From: a virus | Taxonomy: Duplodnaviria > Caudoviricetes | IMG/VR virus record: IMGVR_UViG_3300010356_002264 | Strand: one strand, 5' to 3' | DNA: 64,000 nucleotides | In this document: piece by piece, positions 61,485-64,000 of the stretch | Numbering within the stretch: position 1 is the stretch's first letter | Layout of the letters: each line of letters starts with the position of its first letter | Position numbers and translations under genes: made by a program | The notes under the pieces: model-generated | What the model saw: only the letters and a program-made list of their open reading frames with translations | What the model was told of the DNA's origin: nothing | Database searches by the model: none

Positions 61485-62135
61485 ATGCACACAACTTGTG
61501 GTGGATCTCGTGGATCAATAGGGCCGATTGGACTAACAGGGCCGGCTGGAAGTACAGGTCCTACGGGACCGCGAGGAGCTACTGGTGATATGGGGCCAAG
61601 GGGATCCACTGGACCAGTGGGTCCAACAGGTCCTGTTGGACCCACTGGCGCTGACAGCAGTGTTCCCGGCCCCACCGGCCCCACCGGTGCTACAGGGGAT
61701 GTGGGACCCACCGGCCCTACAGGGCCTTCTGATCCTGGCGGAGCTTTCGAGTCCTCCTTCGGTCATATCATCGCCCTGCAAGGCGACGGACCATTTATTG
61801 GGATGGGGATCAATGGACAATCTGGGGGGTCTAGCCTTGGAGGACTCGACGGAAGACGCCTAAACAACGCGCGCACGTTTAGCCGCATCGAAGCCAGTAT
61901 TGACGGAGAGTTTCCGTTGGCTCCAGGGCAGGCGATGGCTATCACGCTCGCTATGAGTACCAACAACGGATTCTTCTACACGGTTATCACGCAGGTTACG
62001 ATCCTAGCAGGCACATCTCATATCGCGGGGACCTTCGGCCCAACCGTTTTTCCTGCGGGATCCGAGCACGTGATAGCCGCCATCCTCACCGGACCCGGCG
62101 TGTATAATGGTCCGTTGAAAGTCACTATCTCCTGA
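61485..62135 (+). CDS. short collagen-like protein with same C-terminal domain type as 9609 and 10942
   Basis: GPT repeats; MSTNNG..Y...TI.AG motif; lower GC. Confidence 0.8.
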   Translation: MHTTCGGSRGSIGPIGLTGPAGSTGPTGPRGATGDMGPRGSTGPVGPTGPVGPTGADSSVPGPTGPTGATGDVGPTGPTGPSDPGGAFESSFGHIIALQGDGPFIGMGINGQSGGSSLGGLDGRRLNNARTFSRIEASIDGEFPLAPGQAMAITLAMSTNNGFFYTVITQVTILAGTSHIAGTFGPTVFPAGSEHVIAAILTGPGVYNGPLKVTIS

Positions 62136-62153
62136 CCTAAGCCGGAGGAACCC

Positions 62154-62696
62154 ATGAAGTGTCCCGCCCTGCTCACCCTGCTCACCCTGATCGCCTGTGA
62201 TCCGGTGGGGAATCCCACTCCCCCCGACGCGGGGGGTTTGCCGGCCAACTGCCAGCGAATCGATCCCAGCACCGACCTGTACCTCGGATGCACAGGCACC
62301 TTCTTGAAGGGGCAAGTGGCCAAGCTGTGCCCCCAAGGTTATGTGGTGATGTTCCGGGACATGCCATCCAGCCTGAGGACGATCTGCGACCTGACGCTGT
62401 CCACGACGAAGCCCGACGTGTTCTACGCGGTGGACGTGGGGAGCTGGAGCGACCCTGCCTCACCGTTCAGCAAGACGGCCTGCGCAGCCTCTGCGACCTA
62501 CAGCATGCCTGGTCTGATGGGGTGTGGGACTGCACAGAACGCTACGGCTTTCACGGGGCAAGGTGCCACGGCCTGCCAGAACTGGCCCCACGCGGTCGTG
62601 TGCCCAAAAAGTTCCGGATGGAACTGCCCGGACGGCATCCTGCAAACGGCAACGAACTCGAACCCCGCGCATGGGGTTGTCTGTACGCGTCTATAG
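62154..62696 (+). CDS. Cys-rich putative lipoprotein
   Basis: LIAC lipobox; multiple Cys; GGAGG SD. Confidence 0.65.
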   Translation: MKCPALLTLLTLIACDPVGNPTPPDAGGLPANCQRIDPSTDLYLGCTGTFLKGQVAKLCPQGYVVMFRDMPSSLRTICDLTLSTTKPDVFYAVDVGSWSDPASPFSKTACAASATYSMPGLMGCGTAQNATAFTGQGATACQNWPHAVVCPKSSGWNCPDGILQTATNSNPAHGVVCTRL

Positions 62697-62758
62697 GCGC
62701 GACGACCTGCGCCTAAACCCACCCTATCCGACCTACCTACTGGCGGGTAGAGTGGGGC

Positions 62759-63724
62759 ATGACTCAAGAATCGCCCTCCCCCATCATCTCGGTTGGTTAT
62801 GACCCTCACGCGCTGGCGTGCATAAGCCCGTACTTCCCGGAGGTGTTTCACTTCCCGCTGCCCGGCTGGCCCGCGTTGACGGCCGATGACGGATATGCGA
62901 GCTACGCACTCAAGATCGCGGAGGCGCAGGAGGCGCTCCTGCCCGCAAACTGCGGGGTGCGCGTAGGCCCCAACTTGGAGGGAGCGGACCTTCGCCTGGC
63001 GGCCGTGCTCCTCGTGATCCGCGCGAACGGGGGTCCGAACGCCCTGACCCCTGCGCTGCGTGATCGAGCCGCTGAGATCGCACCACGGCTTGCCACGGTC
63101 ACACGGGTTGCGGAGCGTCCGTGGACGTTGGGGTCTCGGACGTCGGGGGTCGCCGACACCGACCTCGACCTTCCCGAGGTCACAGCGTTCAGGTATCACC
63201 CGAGCACGCAGGCGGCCCTGGCGCTGCTCACCAACCAGTGGGCGCAGTTCCTGCTTGCCGTTCTCGACGATCAAGAACACGACAAGATCCCCCTGGGGAT
63301 CGAGGGGGAGGCAGCGCGCGCACTGCTGATCGACAAGCTCCCCGAGTGTCGTGCGGCGTCCCTCACGGTCCCTCCTGACGACTTCCGCCGGCTTGGCCAT
63401 CACGTGGCGACCTACATGTACGTGGACACCCGGTGGAGTCCCGTCATCGTGCTGGACCGGGCCCATGAAATCCACTTCCACCCGGGCTTCCTGCACACGG
63501 ACCTCTCGGTGCCGCTCGACGGGTCGCTCGCCGCCCTCACGCCCCTCGCTCGCCGCCTGTCGGACCGTGAGCGTCAGATTGGGTCGACTGCGGCCTGGCG
63601 CGCGGTAGCGAACCCACGCTGCGTGTTCCGCAACCAGCCCGAGGCAACCCCGTCGATGTCGGTCGATGAGCTTGGGTCGATCGTCGAGTCGTTCATCGGC
63701 GAGAAGATGTCCCCCACCACCTAG
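62759..63724 (+). CDS. hypothetical protein
   Basis: Long ORF; TAGAGT -10-like element just upstream. Confidence 0.6.
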   Translation: MTQESPSPIISVGYDPHALACISPYFPEVFHFPLPGWPALTADDGYASYALKIAEAQEALLPANCGVRVGPNLEGADLRLAAVLLVIRANGGPNALTPALRDRAAEIAPRLATVTRVAERPWTLGSRTSGVADTDLDLPEVTAFRYHPSTQAALALLTNQWAQFLLAVLDDQEHDKIPLGIEGEAARALLIDKLPECRAASLTVPPDDFRRLGHHVATYMYVDTRWSPVIVLDRAHEIHFHPGFLHTDLSVPLDGSLAALTPLARRLSDRERQIGSTAAWRAVANPRCVFRNQPEATPSMSVDELGSIVESFIGEKMSPTT

Positions 63725-63762
63725 ATCAGCTCCCTCCGCCTCGCGTCCCTCCCCTTTCGTCC

Positions 63763-63984
63763 GTGAGAGACAACGATCTCCTCAAACTGGCGAGTGACAC
63801 GCAAGTCACGACCCTACTCGCCGCCGTCAGACAACTCCACAAAGCGGGACGCCTTCGAGCGGCGCTCACCCAGGATCAATGGGTGAGCGCACTGGCGCTT
63901 ACTTCCGCCGTGGAGGAGGAGGCTGCTCGACGGAGGGCTTTGAAGCCGGCCCAGCGAAGAGCCGGGCCGGCAAAAGCGGGTTAG
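63763..63984 (+). CDS. small hypothetical protein
   Basis: GTG 36 nt after CAGCTCC. Confidence 0.5.
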   Translation: MRDNDLLKLASDTQVTTLLAAVRQLHKAGRLRAALTQDQWVSALALTSAVEEEAARRRALKPAQRRAGPAKAG

Positions 63985-64000
63985 CGGAACCGGTCGTCCT

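Overview
This window looks like a 64 kb segment of a high-GC large (probably jumbo) bacteriophage genome; no host housekeeping operons, rRNA, tRNA or CRISPR were seen. It holds: (i) a replication module (family A DNA polymerase with a Cys4 insertion, DnaB-like helicase, degenerate loader, stand-alone primase Zn finger, SNF2 and UvrD helicases); (ii) a broad RNA-repair set (RtcB, HNH-RNA ligase fusion, KptA/Tpt1, CCA-adding enzyme, metallophosphoesterase, RRM protein); (iii) several DNA-modification genes (DpdA/TGT-like, orphan DndC, Dam, an apparently split N4/N6 methyltransferase); (iv) three Thr-rich collagen-like proteins with a shared C-terminal domain, plus two GT2 glycosyltransferases and a methyltransferase; (v) many hypothetical genes. 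The two most striking signals are non-coding. One is a ~340 nt highly base-paired putative ncRNA directly upstream of rtcB. The other is a CAGCTC(C) motif 35-37 nt upstream of the start codon of at least 26 genes on both strands, suggesting a phage-specific leaderless-promoter regulon. All functional calls come from motif recognition by eye; no database searches were run.
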